A stretch of 64,000 nucleotides of DNA, taken from Eledone cirrhosa (lineage: Eukaryota). Within the stretch, counting starts at the first letter, position 1, and every line of letters starts with the position of its first letter. Of the stretch, positions 1 to 14,628 are shown piece after piece. Location of the stretch: the NCBI GenBank assembly GCA_964016885.1, contig OZ024741.1, positions 265,050,001-265,114,000 of the forward strand, written 5' to 3'. The notes beneath the pieces were generated by a model. The model ran no database searches. It was not told the DNA's origin and worked only from the letters and a program-made list of their open reading frames with translations. Position numbers and translations under genes: made by a program.

Positions 1-283
1 TTGACATTTCTTAAACAAGATATAGGAACTAGTCTTTCACTAAATTATCAGCTTCTTTCTAATACGATATATACAAATTTAGGTTTATTTGGGGGAAATT
101 TGGAGAAATTTATCAATGATAGGGGTATTTCAGGCAATGTGTAAAACATCTGACTTCAGTTGGTCCATGTTTGAGAGAGTCAAGATTTAAATGGTAATGC
201 CAAGGAAGTTGAAGTACAATTTCTATGATTAACCCTTTGCATCAACAGAAACTACATGACAATATGTGACTCGACACATATAC

Positions 284-551
<268 letters not shown>

Positions 552-580
552 TATATATATATATATTATATTATATTATA

Positions 581-1254
581 CTAGCATAAAAACCACCCTT
601 CGGGTGGTTTTCTGCTAGCATGTGTAGTGTGTATATTGATATTATACGCAGGTTTATATACATGTAGATATGATACATCAAATAAAATCGTAATTGACAA
701 TATATAATACATAGCAATTGAACGAAGACTATGTTACACTGTCTTATGTAATCAGTAACGTAATCCACGATACATTAAAAAAGACGATATTATATATAAA
801 CTGCATTAGCAGAAAATTAGTATGTTTATTTAAGCGATGGCCAACCGGAAGTGTTGACATTTCAGAAATTTTAAAGAAGTGAATCTTTAAATAAACAAAA
901 TATATTTAATGAACAGCCACGAAATTTAGTAGATAAATTATGTAATATTCATTCATTATTTATTCAAAGTAATGGGCGGTGGATTGGCAGTATCAGTAGA
1001 GGGTCGGACGCCATGCTTTCCAGCATAGTTATGTCCCTTTACGATCTGAATTCAAATCCCGCCGAGGTTGACTTTGCTTTTCATCCTTACGGGGTCGATA
1101 AAATAAAGTACCAGTAATGCACCGGGTAATTGCTGGCCTTGTGCCTAAAGTAGAAACAATTATTTATTCAAAATAATCCAACTTATTTTACTAATGGGAT
1201 AAAAAATTATAAACCGTACGTAGTCCCGCGCTCCTTACTCTATTATAGTTTAGA
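581..1254 (-). mobile_element. Non-autonomous Helitron
   Basis: The minus strand starts A^TCTAAACTATAATAG (1254) and ends with the hairpin aaaaccaccc-gaa-gggtggtttt (589-611) followed by CTAG^T (581). It sits between A and T, and a SINE is nested inside. Confidence 0.75.
974..1164 (+). mobile_element. tRNA-derived SINE (main family)
   Basis: A-box-like ggattggcagtatc, B-box-like ttcaaatcc, central gc(c/t)tttcatccttacggggtcgataaaataaagtaccag resembling the Meta-SINE domain, and an (att) tail. Many copies in the window. Confidence 0.9.
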
Positions 1255-1364
1255 TGTATATTATTGACGATGTTATATGAAATATTCGCTATAATACCGT
1301 TTGCTCAGTTACTCATGCATCATATAGAAATAACTTCTCCGTGACTATTTCATTCGTATATATA

Positions 1365-1716
1365 CTCGCAGGTCTTGAATAATGCCCCCCCCCCCATTAA
1401 TTTTTCAGATCTTTTTCCACCCCACCCCACCCTCCACTTCCGCTTATTAAATTTTGCAGAATCTATCTCCGGGGAAATTTTCTTGTAAGTGATTCATATT
1501 GATACAGTAGCTGGAGAATCTAATACTAATTTTATTTTAATTTAAAAAAAAAAACATTATATATGACAAAAGAAGAACATTACCAGAAATCCCATATTTA
1601 CGAACGTACACTATACAATTACCGACCACCCCCTTTCCGCCTATAAGAATTTAATCTAATGTCCAATGCTCCACCCTGCTTATTCCGACCCCGCCCCCTA
1701 TATTGGGACCAGAAAG
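1365..1716. mobile_element. Degenerate TA-flanked MITE (Tc1/mariner-like)
   Basis: Imperfect terminal inverted repeats TA|ctcgcaggtcttgaataa ... tattgggaccagaaag|TA. Confidence 0.45.
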
Positions 1717-1818
1717 TACATATGTTCCCTATTGTGTGAGTTATATAATTTGAAATAACATATAACTGGCAGTAGAAAATATATTTGCCAGAACAGGTCA
1801 TGTTGACATATATACAAC

Positions 1819-1886
<68 letters not shown>

Positions 1887-1987
1887 ATATTATATATATA
1901 GTAATAATAATAAATGTGAAGACTAAAATCCAAAGAGAGCTCGATAAGGATAAATATATATCAAATATATAAGAACCGTAGAGCAAA

Positions 1988-2118
1988 TATTTATTAAAAT
2001 AACAGATTAAAGTTTAAGCAAAGAATCGCTGCTTTCACCCTTAACGGATCTTAAGATCCCGTTAAGGGTGAAAGCAGCGATTCTTTGCTTAAACTTTAAT
2101 CTGTTATTTTAATAAATA
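1988..2118. repeat. Near-perfect fold-back palindrome (about 65-bp arms) centred on a truncated hammerhead-like core
   Basis: tatttattaaaat...cccttaacggatct|taagatcccgttaagggtgaaag...ttttaataaata. Confidence 0.9.
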
Positions 2119-2119
2119 A

Positions 2120-2228
<109 letters not shown>

Positions 2229-3427
2229 GAGAAAAGGTATCTGTTAGAACACGAAAAGTGTGAAACACAGAATGTTCACTTTTCGTGTTCTAACATATAT
2301 GCCTAGCTTCTTTAAAAATTTTTCGGGGATAGCCGTGGTGGTGATCGTATGTCATTGGCTAATTTTCAACCAATCAGAGTACCTCTCTCTATATCTCTTC
2401 CACTGTTACTTACGCCTGTTTCTCTCTATCTGTTCCGTCTCTATTTATATCTCTTACTCTTTCGCTTTGCACTCCTCCCCTTCAATACCATCTCTCCCCC
2501 TCTCTATATATTTGTTACTCTATCGCTGCACGCTCCTCTCCTTCAATATATCAATTACACACGCTTTACACTCCTTTATCCCCAGCGCCCCTATATATAC
2601 ACCCCCTCTCCCGCATCTATATTTTAATGTACCGTTGCACCGTGAATACATGTGTCTATATATATATATACATATATATTGTATATACACATTCATGTAT
2701 GTGTATACACACTCATGTATGTATATACACTGGTTTTATGTGTGTATTGTAAATTTGTACTGTTAAAACACGAAACTAACATTCGATTGACACTTTGATT
2801 ACCTGTACAGGCAATAGTTATTAGAATGCTGTTGAAGTGTGTATATATTTTTGGGGGACATCCTGTATATACACACATTATATATAATACAATAAACAGA
2901 TAAATACACACATATATATATGAGCTTATTTAATTATAAATATTGTGAATTTTTAACTCAGTTCAATTATATATATAAATGGCTTCTACAGGACTAGAAC
3001 TGTTTCATTCGAAAGAAATCATCATAATATTGAGAGGGGGGACTAGATAAAATATTTCAAATCAAATGTGTATAAGTTATAAGTTAAAATGTATAAATAG
3101 AGACGATAGTGGAGGTATATCTGTTTAGTGGAACAGTAGACGATAGAATTAAATACAGACGATAATCTCCCTTTAATGAAACAGCAGACGATAGAATTAA
3201 GGCAATTTAAATTTTAAGCATTTGCATTTTTGCCTTTCATCGTTACGGGGTCGATAAAATAAAGTACCAGTAATACACTGTCACTAGACGACTTTCAAAT
3301 TGAATTGTTGGTTCCATTTCTTTAGTATTTTCAATTGTAGTTATCTACTTAAAAAGCGTTACACGGTTAGAGACATAATTCGTAAGTTATATCTTCCCTA
3401 TTAAACCATTGCATTATTTCGCCTACA

Positions 3428-3619
3428 GGGCGGTGAATTGGCAGTATCGGTAGAGGGTTGGACGCCATGCTTTCTAGCATAGTTACGTCCCTTTACAGTC
3501 TGAGTTCAAATCCCGCCGAGATTAACTTTGCCTTTCATCCTTACGGGGTCGATAAAATAAAGTACCAGTAATGTACTGGGTAATTTGCTGGCCTTGTGCC
3601 TAAAGTAGAAACAATTATT
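3428..3619 (+). mobile_element. tRNA-derived SINE (main family)
   Basis: Same head, core and tail as 974-1164. Confidence 0.9.
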
Positions 3620-3837
3620 TCGCCTACAATAGAACAAAAATGAAATGTTCTTTAAAGAAACAGGAATATAACTTTATAAAAAAAAAAGTTGCATCCGCTT
3701 CTTTTATCATTGATAATTTTTTCGTTTTAATATTAATTGTTTTTTGCAGTTGTTTATATTAAAAATCTTACTGTAATATTTACTTAAACGAAGGCAAACA
3801 TCTAAACTTATAGATTAATCTTGAGCGAAGGACTAGA

Positions 3838-3907
<70 letters not shown>

Positions 3908-4301
3908 AACGAAGAATGATAAAATTTCAAGCAAAGAGTTTAATTAGGTATATTTTGTAATATTATTAACTAATTATTATAATTAACGCGCATATTTTGC
4001 TATCCTCAAACACGTTTACACATGGCATGAAATATAACTAATCCGAGATGGCTAGGTTTCATCTTCTAACTGGATAAACGAAATCCATTATGTCTTGACA
4101 ACAACATGAGGTAACATTATGTTATTCACAGACACACTTTGTACACTGTTCCATATCAGAATGTATTTCCTTCGTCACATTCACAAACAGTATTGAAAAT
4201 ATGTTCTTCGGCAAATAAAAATGTTTTGTTCATAATATTTCAACTAGCGATTGCTCTACTTCACGCACGACCACCATAAATTAATGACCAGCTCAACACA
4301 A

Positions 4302-4470
4302 GTATTGGTAGAGCGTCAGACACCATGCTTTGCAGTATTGTTATGGTCCTTTGCATTCTAAGTTCAAATCCTGCCGAGGTTAACTTCGACTTTCATACTT
4401 ACTAATTCGATAAAATAAAGTACCAGTAATGGACTGCCGTAATGGATTTGTGCCGAAAAATAGAAACACT
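4302..4470 (+). mobile_element. tRNA-derived SINE, diverged
   Basis: gttcaaatcctgccgagg...gataaaataaagtaccag. Confidence 0.8.
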
Positions 4471-5024
4471 ATTAATGTGCAATAAGAGCAAAATATAACG
4501 ACATTGCTCAATTATTTTATCTAATGTTGTAATAACACAAGGAAATGTTGTTTGTGTATTTTTTTTTATATTTGCTCATAGGCTTTTACAATTTCGCTCA
4601 GCCAACAACTATTAAAAAGTGAGTTGCTTAAGATAACAATTTAATCACAAATTGTTGCTATCTTTTAATACACTCCAACAAGTCATCAAATTATGTACAA
4701 TAAAAACAAATCTTATTAATTTGCTCAGGGAATATAAAGAAAATGTATATACACTGATAATTGCAAATGTATGTAAATATTTTGTTTTTGTATTGTATAT
4801 TTTATGTTTTCTATTATGTATAATATATTGATTTAATATTGATTGTTTTTTGTAGTTGTTTATATTAAAAGTCTGAAAATATTTTTATACATCTTACACT
4901 AATATTTATAAGATAATTTATAATAACAATTACATAATCTAATTACATTACAACGATAATTTATTATTAATATATATCCTGTTTAACTAGAGTTATTACA
5001 AGCGTTGCCTTAAAAAAATATTAA

Positions 5025-5976
5025 ACTAGACATGAAAAATGCGCAAGCTCAAAAGTGCCACAGAATGTTATAATAAACCTTCAAAAGTGTGGGACTAGAG
5101 TTGTTGCTAAAAAATATTGTAATCATTATATATCGTACATTCTGTGGCATCCTTTATAAAAATAGCTTAAACCAACGAAGCCTTTATTTTTACGCTATTT
5201 CACTTAGTTAATTCTTAGAGTGTAACATATAAAAATAAATACATCTATGTTTAATGTAATAACAGCTATAAATAATTACGTAATATTATTATCATATACT
5301 CATAGTAACAAAATTGTTGAAACTTAATATGATGCTTATATGAACGATCAAATCTATAATGATAATTTCTTAAATATACTAATAGTAAAATAATTTAGTT
5401 ATCTATTGTTACATTTTCATAGAACTATAATATTAACAATCGTATTGCATTATCAAATTTTTATCACTACAAACTTTCATATTGGAATTACCTTAAGCCA
5501 CTTATTATTACTTCGCTTTCGTACTTTTACAGCTGTAGATATTGCGCTGTATCTTATATCTAATATCAATATCTCGTGGTAATTTGCATGAAGTGTAAAA
5601 TAGGTTTATTAATAACTTTAATATGAAATGTATTATACAGGGCTGCGGAGTCGGTCAAAAATTGACTGGCTCCAACTCAGGATCCGATACTCCATTATTT
5701 CCTAAATTTCAGCTCCGCAGCTCTGTTATTATATTAATTAATTTATTTTATAGTTGTAAATCATATTTTTATATGTTACACTCTAAGAATTAACTAAGTG
5801 AAATAGCGTAAAAATAAAGGCTTCGTTGGTTTAAGCTATTTTTATAAAGGATGCCACAGAATGTACGATATATAATGATTACAATATTTTTTAGCAACAA
5901 CTCTAGTCCCACACTTTTGAAGGTTTATTATAACATTCTGTGGCACTTTTGAGCTTGCGCATTTTTCATGTCTAGT
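5025..5976. mobile_element. Element with 213-bp apparently perfect terminal inverted repeats (5025-5237 / 5764-5976)
   Basis: The arms read as exact reverse complements, with ACTAG...CTAGT termini and an AT-rich spacer of about 525 bp. Confidence 0.85.
5638..5725. mobile_element. hAT-type MITE
   Basis: TIRs cagggctgcggag / ctccgcagctctg; near-perfect 8-bp TSD gtattata/ttattata. Confidence 0.75.
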
Positions 5977-6007
5977 ATATATATTTATACATATATGTAT
6001 ATGTATA

Positions 6008-6042
<35 letters not shown>

Positions 6043-6044
6043 TG

Positions 6045-6089
<45 letters not shown>

Positions 6090-6108
6090 TCCGACGGAAT
6101 TACTTCAC

Positions 6109-6150
<42 letters not shown>

Positions 6151-6569
6151 GTATATATATGTACGTATCGTATATACGTATATATATATGTATAAATGTA
6201 TATACAAGTGTATGTATACACACACGCGCGCACACACACACACACACTACCACATATATATATATAGTAGCTTGTGTATCTACTTCATGTTGCTCTATCG
6301 GTCTATCATGCATCTTTACTCTTTGTGTTTTTAAGTCATAAAAACTAGACTCAATGAAATTACGTATAGTATTTACTTCTAAAAATAACTGACTATAATT
6401 CTCTGTTGCTATAATATTGAACTAAGATATCTCAAAAGTCTTAACATCGACAGAAATAGCGTCTATTCGACCAAACCAACTCGAGTCACGCACGTCAAGA
6501 CTTAGAACGATATAACGAGTTTTCTTCTTTTTCCCTTATATATATATACATATATATATACACACACAC

Positions 6570-6625
<56 letters not shown>

Positions 6626-6649
6626 GTATGTATATATATATGTATGTAT

Positions 6650-6716
6650 GTATGTATACATACATACATATATGTATACAGACGTACAGTAGTATGTATA
6701 TATATATACATACATG

Positions 6717-6786
<70 letters not shown>

Positions 6787-7100
6787 CCAAACACTACCGT
6801 AAACTCTTGGTAGATTTATCTACATATATATATATATATATATATATGTACGTATCGGTTTACCGAACATTTATTATAATGCTCGGGCTGTTTGTTTGTT
6901 TAACAAACAAGCAAACCGAGCATTATAATAAATGTTCGGTAAACCGATACGTACATATATATATATGTGTGTATATATATATGTATATATATATACATAC
7001 TACTGTACGTCTGTATACATATATGTATGTACGTATACATACATACTTACATTTAAGTAAGTGCCATACAAAGAGTGAGAAATGAAATTTCGTTTCATTC
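6650..7100. mobile_element. (TA)n-associated fold-back cassette, family B (also 8100-8288, 21810-21960, 26810-26910, 27630-27840)
   Basis: Palindrome cggtttaccgaacatttattataatgctcgg...ccgagcattataataaatgttcggtaaaccg at 6841-6960, with homologous copies elsewhere. Confidence 0.75.
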
Positions 7101-7101
7101 T

Positions 7102-7143
<42 letters not shown>

Positions 7144-7377
7144 TATATGTATATATCAAAGGTATATATTGAGTTAGGAACTCAAAATAGTCTCCTACAA
7201 CAAAATAGCTCCAGGAAAGAGATATTTCCGAGCCGTATATTATAATAGAATATAAAAGAAAAACGAACACAGATATATGCATATATGTGTTCAAATCGTA
7301 AGGGACCAGATTCGCTAAGGTGAAAAGAATACTGACTATTTTCTTTTATATTCTATTATAATATATATATATATATC

Positions 7378-7642
<265 letters not shown>

Positions 7643-7846
7643 AATAATGGAGCTGCGGCGCTGCAAATGGGTTACATATGAAAAAGTTTGTCCTCATCAG
7701 TGGCCTTCCAACCGTCGTAGGCATTTCGTCGCATTAAAGGCCATATACCTCAGGTTGGTGCGAGCAACGGCTAAAAAAAGTCGTTGGGACACGTAAATAA
7801 AGGGGACGCTAGGGTAAACAAACAAAATGGTTTAAGCAACAGAAAG

Positions 7847-7904
<58 letters not shown>

Positions 7905-7944
7905 TGTACACACAGACACACATATACATATACATATACATATA

Positions 7945-7976
<32 letters not shown>

Positions 7977-7998
7977 CATACATACATATACATATATA

Positions 7999-8713
<715 letters not shown>

Positions 8714-9023
8714 CATATATACATATATATATTATATATATATATAAATTACACACTACTCCATATTTAGTTCGACATTTTTGCCAAACTTTGTTGAGGA
8801 GATTTTGTTGCGTAATACCACTGACGTTTGATGAATGAGGCACCCGAAGGTATTTACTGCAGTATAGATGTGGACAGTAACAAACCTTCCTGTTGAAATA
8901 AATCTCCATTAAGTCTGTCAAAAAGCATGAAAAAAATCCCCAGAAAAACAAACAAACCATCCACAAAATTGTGTAACGATATTTATACATTCGCTGCGGG
9001 ACAACTTTTTTTAACTATTGATG

Positions 9024-9139
<116 letters not shown>

Positions 9140-9496
9140 GAAATAAATAAATTAGCCAGACGTAAAACAAAATCTATAGAAAAAAATAATATTTTGCCAG
9201 TATCCTATTGAATTCTATCTCCTTAAAAGCCCTGGTTGATTAATATTGTTGACTCATAGCTAATATTTCATTCAGAAATGATGGCGCTATACCAGAATTG
9301 ATCAATTGACTGATGTCGGCAGTGTATGAAACAAAATCTGGCTTTATTCATAAATGACGGATATTTGAAGAGGCCAGAGAACATAAATTAAACAACACAA
9401 GTTGTAGACTGATAATATCTAATCATATAAGCAGAAAATAAAACAAAACGAAACTTCTGCTAGTTTCCATTTATTTATTATTGCAGATAACGTCGA

Positions 9497-9840
9497 GGCG
9501 GTGGATTGGCAGCGTGGATAGAGCGCCGGACAGTTGGGCGTTTTAACGTTCTGATTTCAAATCCCGCTGAGATTAGCTTTGCCTTTCATCCTTATGGGGG
9601 TCGATAAAATAAAATACCAGTATCGCACTGGGGCAGATTTAATTGACTTTCCTCTTCCTCAAAATTATTGGCCTTGTGACTAAATCAGAAACCATATGAA
9701 TTCAAATCCCACCGAGGTTAAGCTTTGCCGGTCATCTTTACGGGGGTCGATAAAATAAAGTACCAGTAACGCACTAGAATGGATTTAACCGAATTCCCCC
9801 CCCCCCCCCCCAGTTGCTTTGTGCCTAATCAGAAACCATT
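9497..9840 (+). mobile_element. Two tandem tRNA-derived SINEs
   Basis: Two SINE cores: 9497-9692 and a 5'-truncated copy at 9697-9840. Confidence 0.85.
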
Positions 9841-10079
9841 ATTTCAGACGATTACATTTTATTTTTTGAAGGTGATTTTCAATGTTGTAAGCGGAATGCC
9901 TGGAATAGTCGAGTGTCAGTCTTAACGATGATTTCTGGTTCAGTCACCTCTAAAATCGATCGACAAGATCCCAGACCTCATTCACTTACCGAGTGAGGGT
10001 GAAACTCGTCAGATGGGACCAAGGAAACAATGTTTTCCTTGGTCTTCCTAATTGCTGATACTATTAACCGGTCACATCT

Positions 10080-10420
10080 CATGGCAAAAAGAGCAACGTG
10101 AAATAAAGTGTCTTGCTTAAGGACATAACACATCGCCCGGTTCGGTGAATAGAACTGGAAACCTCACAATTGCGAATCCAATTCTCTAACCACTAAGTCA
10201 TGCACCTTCACCAGGCACGAGGATAGCAATTTAAGGAAAAGGAGGAGGAAGGTGAGTCGATTATATTTACCTCAGTTTCTGACTGGTACCTTATTTTGTC
10301 GACGTTGGAAAGATGAATGGCAAAGTGGTGCTCGGCGGGATTCGAACTCAGAACGTAGAGATGGGACAAATACCACAAGGCATTTCTTCTGAGGTTCTAT
10401 TAACTCTACCAATCTACCAC
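10080..10420 (-). mobile_element. Two adjacent SINE fragments (second tRNA-SINE family 10080-10212; main family 10213-10420)
   Basis: Reverse complements of the gtccttaagcaagacacttta core and of the gttcgaatcc B-box. Confidence 0.7.
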
Positions 10421-11416
10421 CCTCATTGTCAGACATAATTGTGTTTATATTTGGCACAAGGCCAGCAATTTGAAGGGGGTTGAAAAGTCGATTATTTCGA
10501 TACCAGTACATTACTGTAATTCATGTCGTCACCCTCGATAGTGGGTGGAAAATGTTGTTGGGATCGACTAAAGAATCTGAGATCAATTAGAGTCACTTAT
10601 ACATAACTAATTAACTAATTAGCTATCTAATTAGCTATCTAACTAACTATCTAACTAATTAATTAATTAAATAGTATGTATGAAAACAAAATACAGAATG
10701 GTGATGACTGACACTTTTTATCATGTGACTACTAGATCCGGGCCAACCAAAATTTAGTGAGTGAAATTTGGTAGGCGGAAACTGCGTGAAAGCCCAGCAA
10801 AGGACCGAATATGTCGTTAAGTAGTAACTTTAAGCTCGGTTTAACAAAACTAACTGACTCATGAATGCTTTTATCAGAGTCTACTTACAGGCATTCAGAC
10901 CAGGTCCCAACTGATGATAATTTTCTTCCTTTTACCTACCAGCATCAGAGGACATAAAAAGGGGTTAGGAATTTTACCCTTTCTTCCATGACTAAGCAAT
11001 TAAAATCTAACAAAAATAGACAGTTCAGTTTTCACAATTGCTAAAAATATACAGGTATAGTATAGAGATAAATAGAGATAACTAGAAGATACAGCTAAAA
11101 AACGATATGGACATTGCTCACAGTTTAAAAAATAATGATCCCCTTCATTGAATAGAGAATGTTTTTAAAATGGTTTGTAGAATTGTATTTATGTACGTTC
11201 TGCTTTTGACGGGATCGAATTGGAGTCGTGGATACGGTATTAGGCAACTCGTTGATAAGACCGGAGTTATAAATCTACTGTAGAAATTGTGTCGTATATT
11301 TGAGAAGCACGCTTCATTTTACATACCTCGATCCTTCTAGAAGCCGGGGAATTAGTATCAAATTTTCAGGGAGCTGTTATCTTTTATACAAAGACTTATC
11401 TTTCCAACTAATTAAC

Positions 11417-11800
11417 GGTTTCTGATTAAGGCACAAGGCTAACAATTTTGTAGGAGAGGAAAGTCGATTAAATCCTCCCCAGTGTATTACTGGTACTTTA
11501 CTTTATCGGCCTCGTAAGGATGAAAGGCAAAGCTAACCTCGGTGGGATTCGAAATCAGAACGTAAGGGGCAGTAACTCTATGCTGCGAAGCCTGTTCTCC
11601 GACGCTCTACCGTTACTGCCAATCCATCGCCCTCATATCTTCTAAATAACTAATTTAGGCACAAGGCCAACAATTCTATTTGTGGTGGGGGGCTATATTA
11701 AATCGACACAAGTGCGTTACTGGTACTTTATTTTATCAACCCCATAAAGATGATAGACAAAGCTAACCTCGGCAAGATTTGAAATCAGTACTTAAAAGAT
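11417..11800 (-). mobile_element. Two tRNA-derived SINEs
   Basis: The reverse-complement core ctggtacttta...aggatgaaaggc occurs twice (second copy diverged). Confidence 0.85.
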
Positions 11801-11829
11801 CTTAACTCTACAATTTATTGCCCTCGTAG

Positions 11830-11949
11830 CTAAACAATGGCTCATCAAAGCCTTTTGGAGCTCCGGCAACATTAAAATTTACCCTCCCGCGATTCAGACG
11901 AGGTAGTGTCATACTTCTTTTAACAGAAATGTCTATAGAGGACAATTTG
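11830..11949 (+). other. Candidate 120-nt internal exon (LNNGSSKPFGAPATLKFTLPRFRRGSVILLLTEMSIEDNL)
   Basis: Unique sequence bounded by ccctcgtag| and ttg|gtatgt; open in frame 0 and a multiple of 3. No homology recognised. Confidence 0.35.
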
Positions 11950-11962
11950 GTATGTTTTAAAA

Positions 11963-12912
11963 CAGCAGCCGCCGACCTTTCGGACCTCACGGACCACTAA
12001 ATTCATAATATTAAATCCCGCGGACCACTAATATAATTTTTTTTTAAAAAGATAAATACATTAAAATTTGTCTGCGGACCACCAACATTTTCTCTCGGAC
12101 CACCAGTGGTCAGCGGACTACTGGTGGGCGACCGCCAGTGTCCGCGGACCACTGGTTGGCGACCGCTAGTGTCCGCGGACTACTGGTGGGCGACCGCCAG
12201 TGTCCGCGGGCCACTGGCTGGCGACCGCTAGTGTCCGCGGACTACTGGTGGGCGGCCGCCAGTGTCCGCGGACTACTGGTTGGCGACCGCCAGTGTCCGC
12301 GGACTACTGGTGGGCGACAGCCAGTGTCCGCGGACTACTGGTGGGCGACCGCCAGTGTCCGCGGACTACTGGTTGGCGACCGGCAGTGTCCGCGGACTAC
12401 TGGTGGGCGGCCGCCAGTGTCCGCGGACTACTGGTTGGCGACCGCCAGTGTCCGCGGACTACTGGTTGGCGACCGCCAGTGTCCGCGGACTACTGGTGGG
12501 CGACCGCCAGTGTCCGCGGACTACTGGTGGGCGACCGCCAGTGTCCGTGGACTACTGGTGGGCGACCGCCAGTGTCCGCGGACTACTGGTTGGCGACCGC
12601 GAGTGTCCGCGGACTACTGGTGGGCGACCGCCAGTGTCCGCGGACTACTGGTGGGCGACCGCCAGTGTCCGCGGACTACTGGTTGGCGACCGCCAGTGTC
12701 CGCGGACTACTGGTGGGCGACCGCTAGTGTCCGCGGACTACTGGTTGGCGACCGCCAGTGTCCGCGGACTACTGGTGGGCGACCGCCAGTGTCCGCGGAC
12801 TACTGGTTGGCGACCGCTAGTATCCGCGGACTACTGGAGGGCGATCACCAGTGCCCGCGGACTACTGGTTGGCGACCGCCAGTGTCCGCAGACTACTGGT
12901 TGGCGACCATTG
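11963..12912. mobile_element. hAT-type MITE inflated by an internal 31-bp tandem array
   Basis: TIR-like ends cagcagccgccgacc / ggttggcgaccattg; perfect 8-bp TSD ttttaaaa (11955-62, 12913-20). Confidence 0.85.
12102..12908. repeat. 31-bp minisatellite, about 26 copies
   Basis: Unit ccagtgtccgcggactactggt(g/t)ggcgaccg, internally palindromic. Confidence 0.97.
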
Positions 12913-13152
12913 TTTTAAAAAGTGCGATTTTCTAACATACCGCATGTGTATATATTTACATCCGTTTTATTAGCAGTGTGGATTAAGAAGGATTATCGTT
13001 GAAGTACACGTTACAATAAAAAAAAATGTATCATGGACTGGATTACTGAGTAGTTTAGTCATCAAACATTCTTGACAGAAATAGATCCTGTTCTATGAGT
13101 TATAGTTGTCTGTGTGTCATGGATTTATCAGTCTTTAAGTAGCAAAGCACGG

Positions 13153-13170
13153 TTTCTGAAATTAGAACTG

Positions 13171-13211
<41 letters not shown>

Positions 13212-13444
13212 GTCATCGTTATCATCATTATCACAATCATCATCGTCATCATTATTGCGATCATCATCGTCATCATTATTGTCATCGCCATCACCATCAT
13301 GATTATGATCATGATGGTGATAATCATCATCATTATCATCATTATCCACAACTATATCGCCACCATCGATAGTTCAACTCCCCTTCCATCCCAATCTGGC
13401 TGCTGACCGGGGTCTAAACAACTACAACACAACAACCACCACAT

Positions 13445-13475
<31 letters not shown>

Positions 13476-14200
13476 CAACAACAACTACAACACAACCACC
13501 ACCAACAACAACAACAACAACACAACCACCACCAACAACAACAACAACAACAACTACAACACCGCAACCACCACCACCACCAACAACACAACAGCCACCA
13601 TCACCAACAACAACACCACCGACACCACCATCACCAACAACTACACCACCACCACCAACAACACCACCACCAACAACAACAACACAACAGCCACCACCAC
13701 TAACAACAACAACACCGACACCACCAACACCAACAACAACACCACCACCATGACACCATCACCAACAACTACACCACCAACACCACCACCACCAACACCA
13801 CCACCACTAACAACTACAACACCACCAACACCAACACCACCACCACCACCACCACTAACAACTACAACACCACCACCACCAACACCAACAACACCACCAC
13901 CACCACCACTAACAACTACAACACCACCACCACCAACACCAACAACACCACCACCACCACCACTAACAACTACAACACCACCACCACCACCACCACTAAC
14001 AACTACAACACCACCACCACCACCACTAACAACTACAACACCACCACCACCAACACCAACAACAACAACACCACCACCACTAACAACTACAACACCACCA
14101 CCACCACCAACAACAACAACAACTACACCACCACCATCCCGCCGCCACCACCACCACCAACAACAACTACACCACCACCAACAGCAACAACAACAACAGC
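13153..14200. repeat. (ATC)n followed by compound (CAA)/(CAC)n low-complexity tract
   Basis: Direct reading. Confidence 0.95.
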
Positions 14201-14628
14201 GACACCTGGTGACAAGGTAGAGAGACTTTCGAGGGGTATTTTTGTCAGTTTGATATCACCTTAGACAGAGACACGTTATATGAAGGTCGAAAGTGTCAGG
14301 TCATTCACGTTGTTCAGAAGTGGCGGGTCAACGTTGCGTGACCCCTATATATTAAGGAATAGATGAAGCCGCCCACACCACACCACACCACTCTACTCCA
14401 CTCCACCCCCGCCAAAAACAAAACTAAAAAGAAATCGGACAATGGCCTGAATATCAGGTCAATGGAATGTGAATGTCCATTTATTAGTGAGGCATTATAT
14501 AATAGCAGTAGTAGTAGTAGTAGTAGTAGAATTAGGAGTAGTAGTAGTAGTAGTGGTGGTGGTGGTGGTGATATTAGTCGTAGTGGTGGCTGGTGTGAGG
14601 GCGGTAGTAGTATTAGTAAGTATTATAA

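Noticed and set aside
974-1065. tRNA genes
   Set aside because: The A/B boxes belong to SINE heads and no complete cloverleaf was seen.
7685-7745. Minus-strand CGAAA...CTGATGAG as a type II hammerhead
   Set aside because: Stem II does not pair; at best these are rearranged fragments.
12102-12908. CRISPR-like array of 31-bp palindromic repeats (likewise the 21-, 54- and 90-bp arrays)
   Set aside because: The units are contiguous with no unique spacers, there are no cas genes, and the context is eukaryotic.
12138-12935. Three overlapping long ORFs
   Set aside because: They are translations of a stop-free 31-bp repeat inside a MITE.
13750-14220. Pro/Thr-rich extensin-like ORF
   Set aside because: Trinucleotide low-complexity DNA with no splice or domain support.
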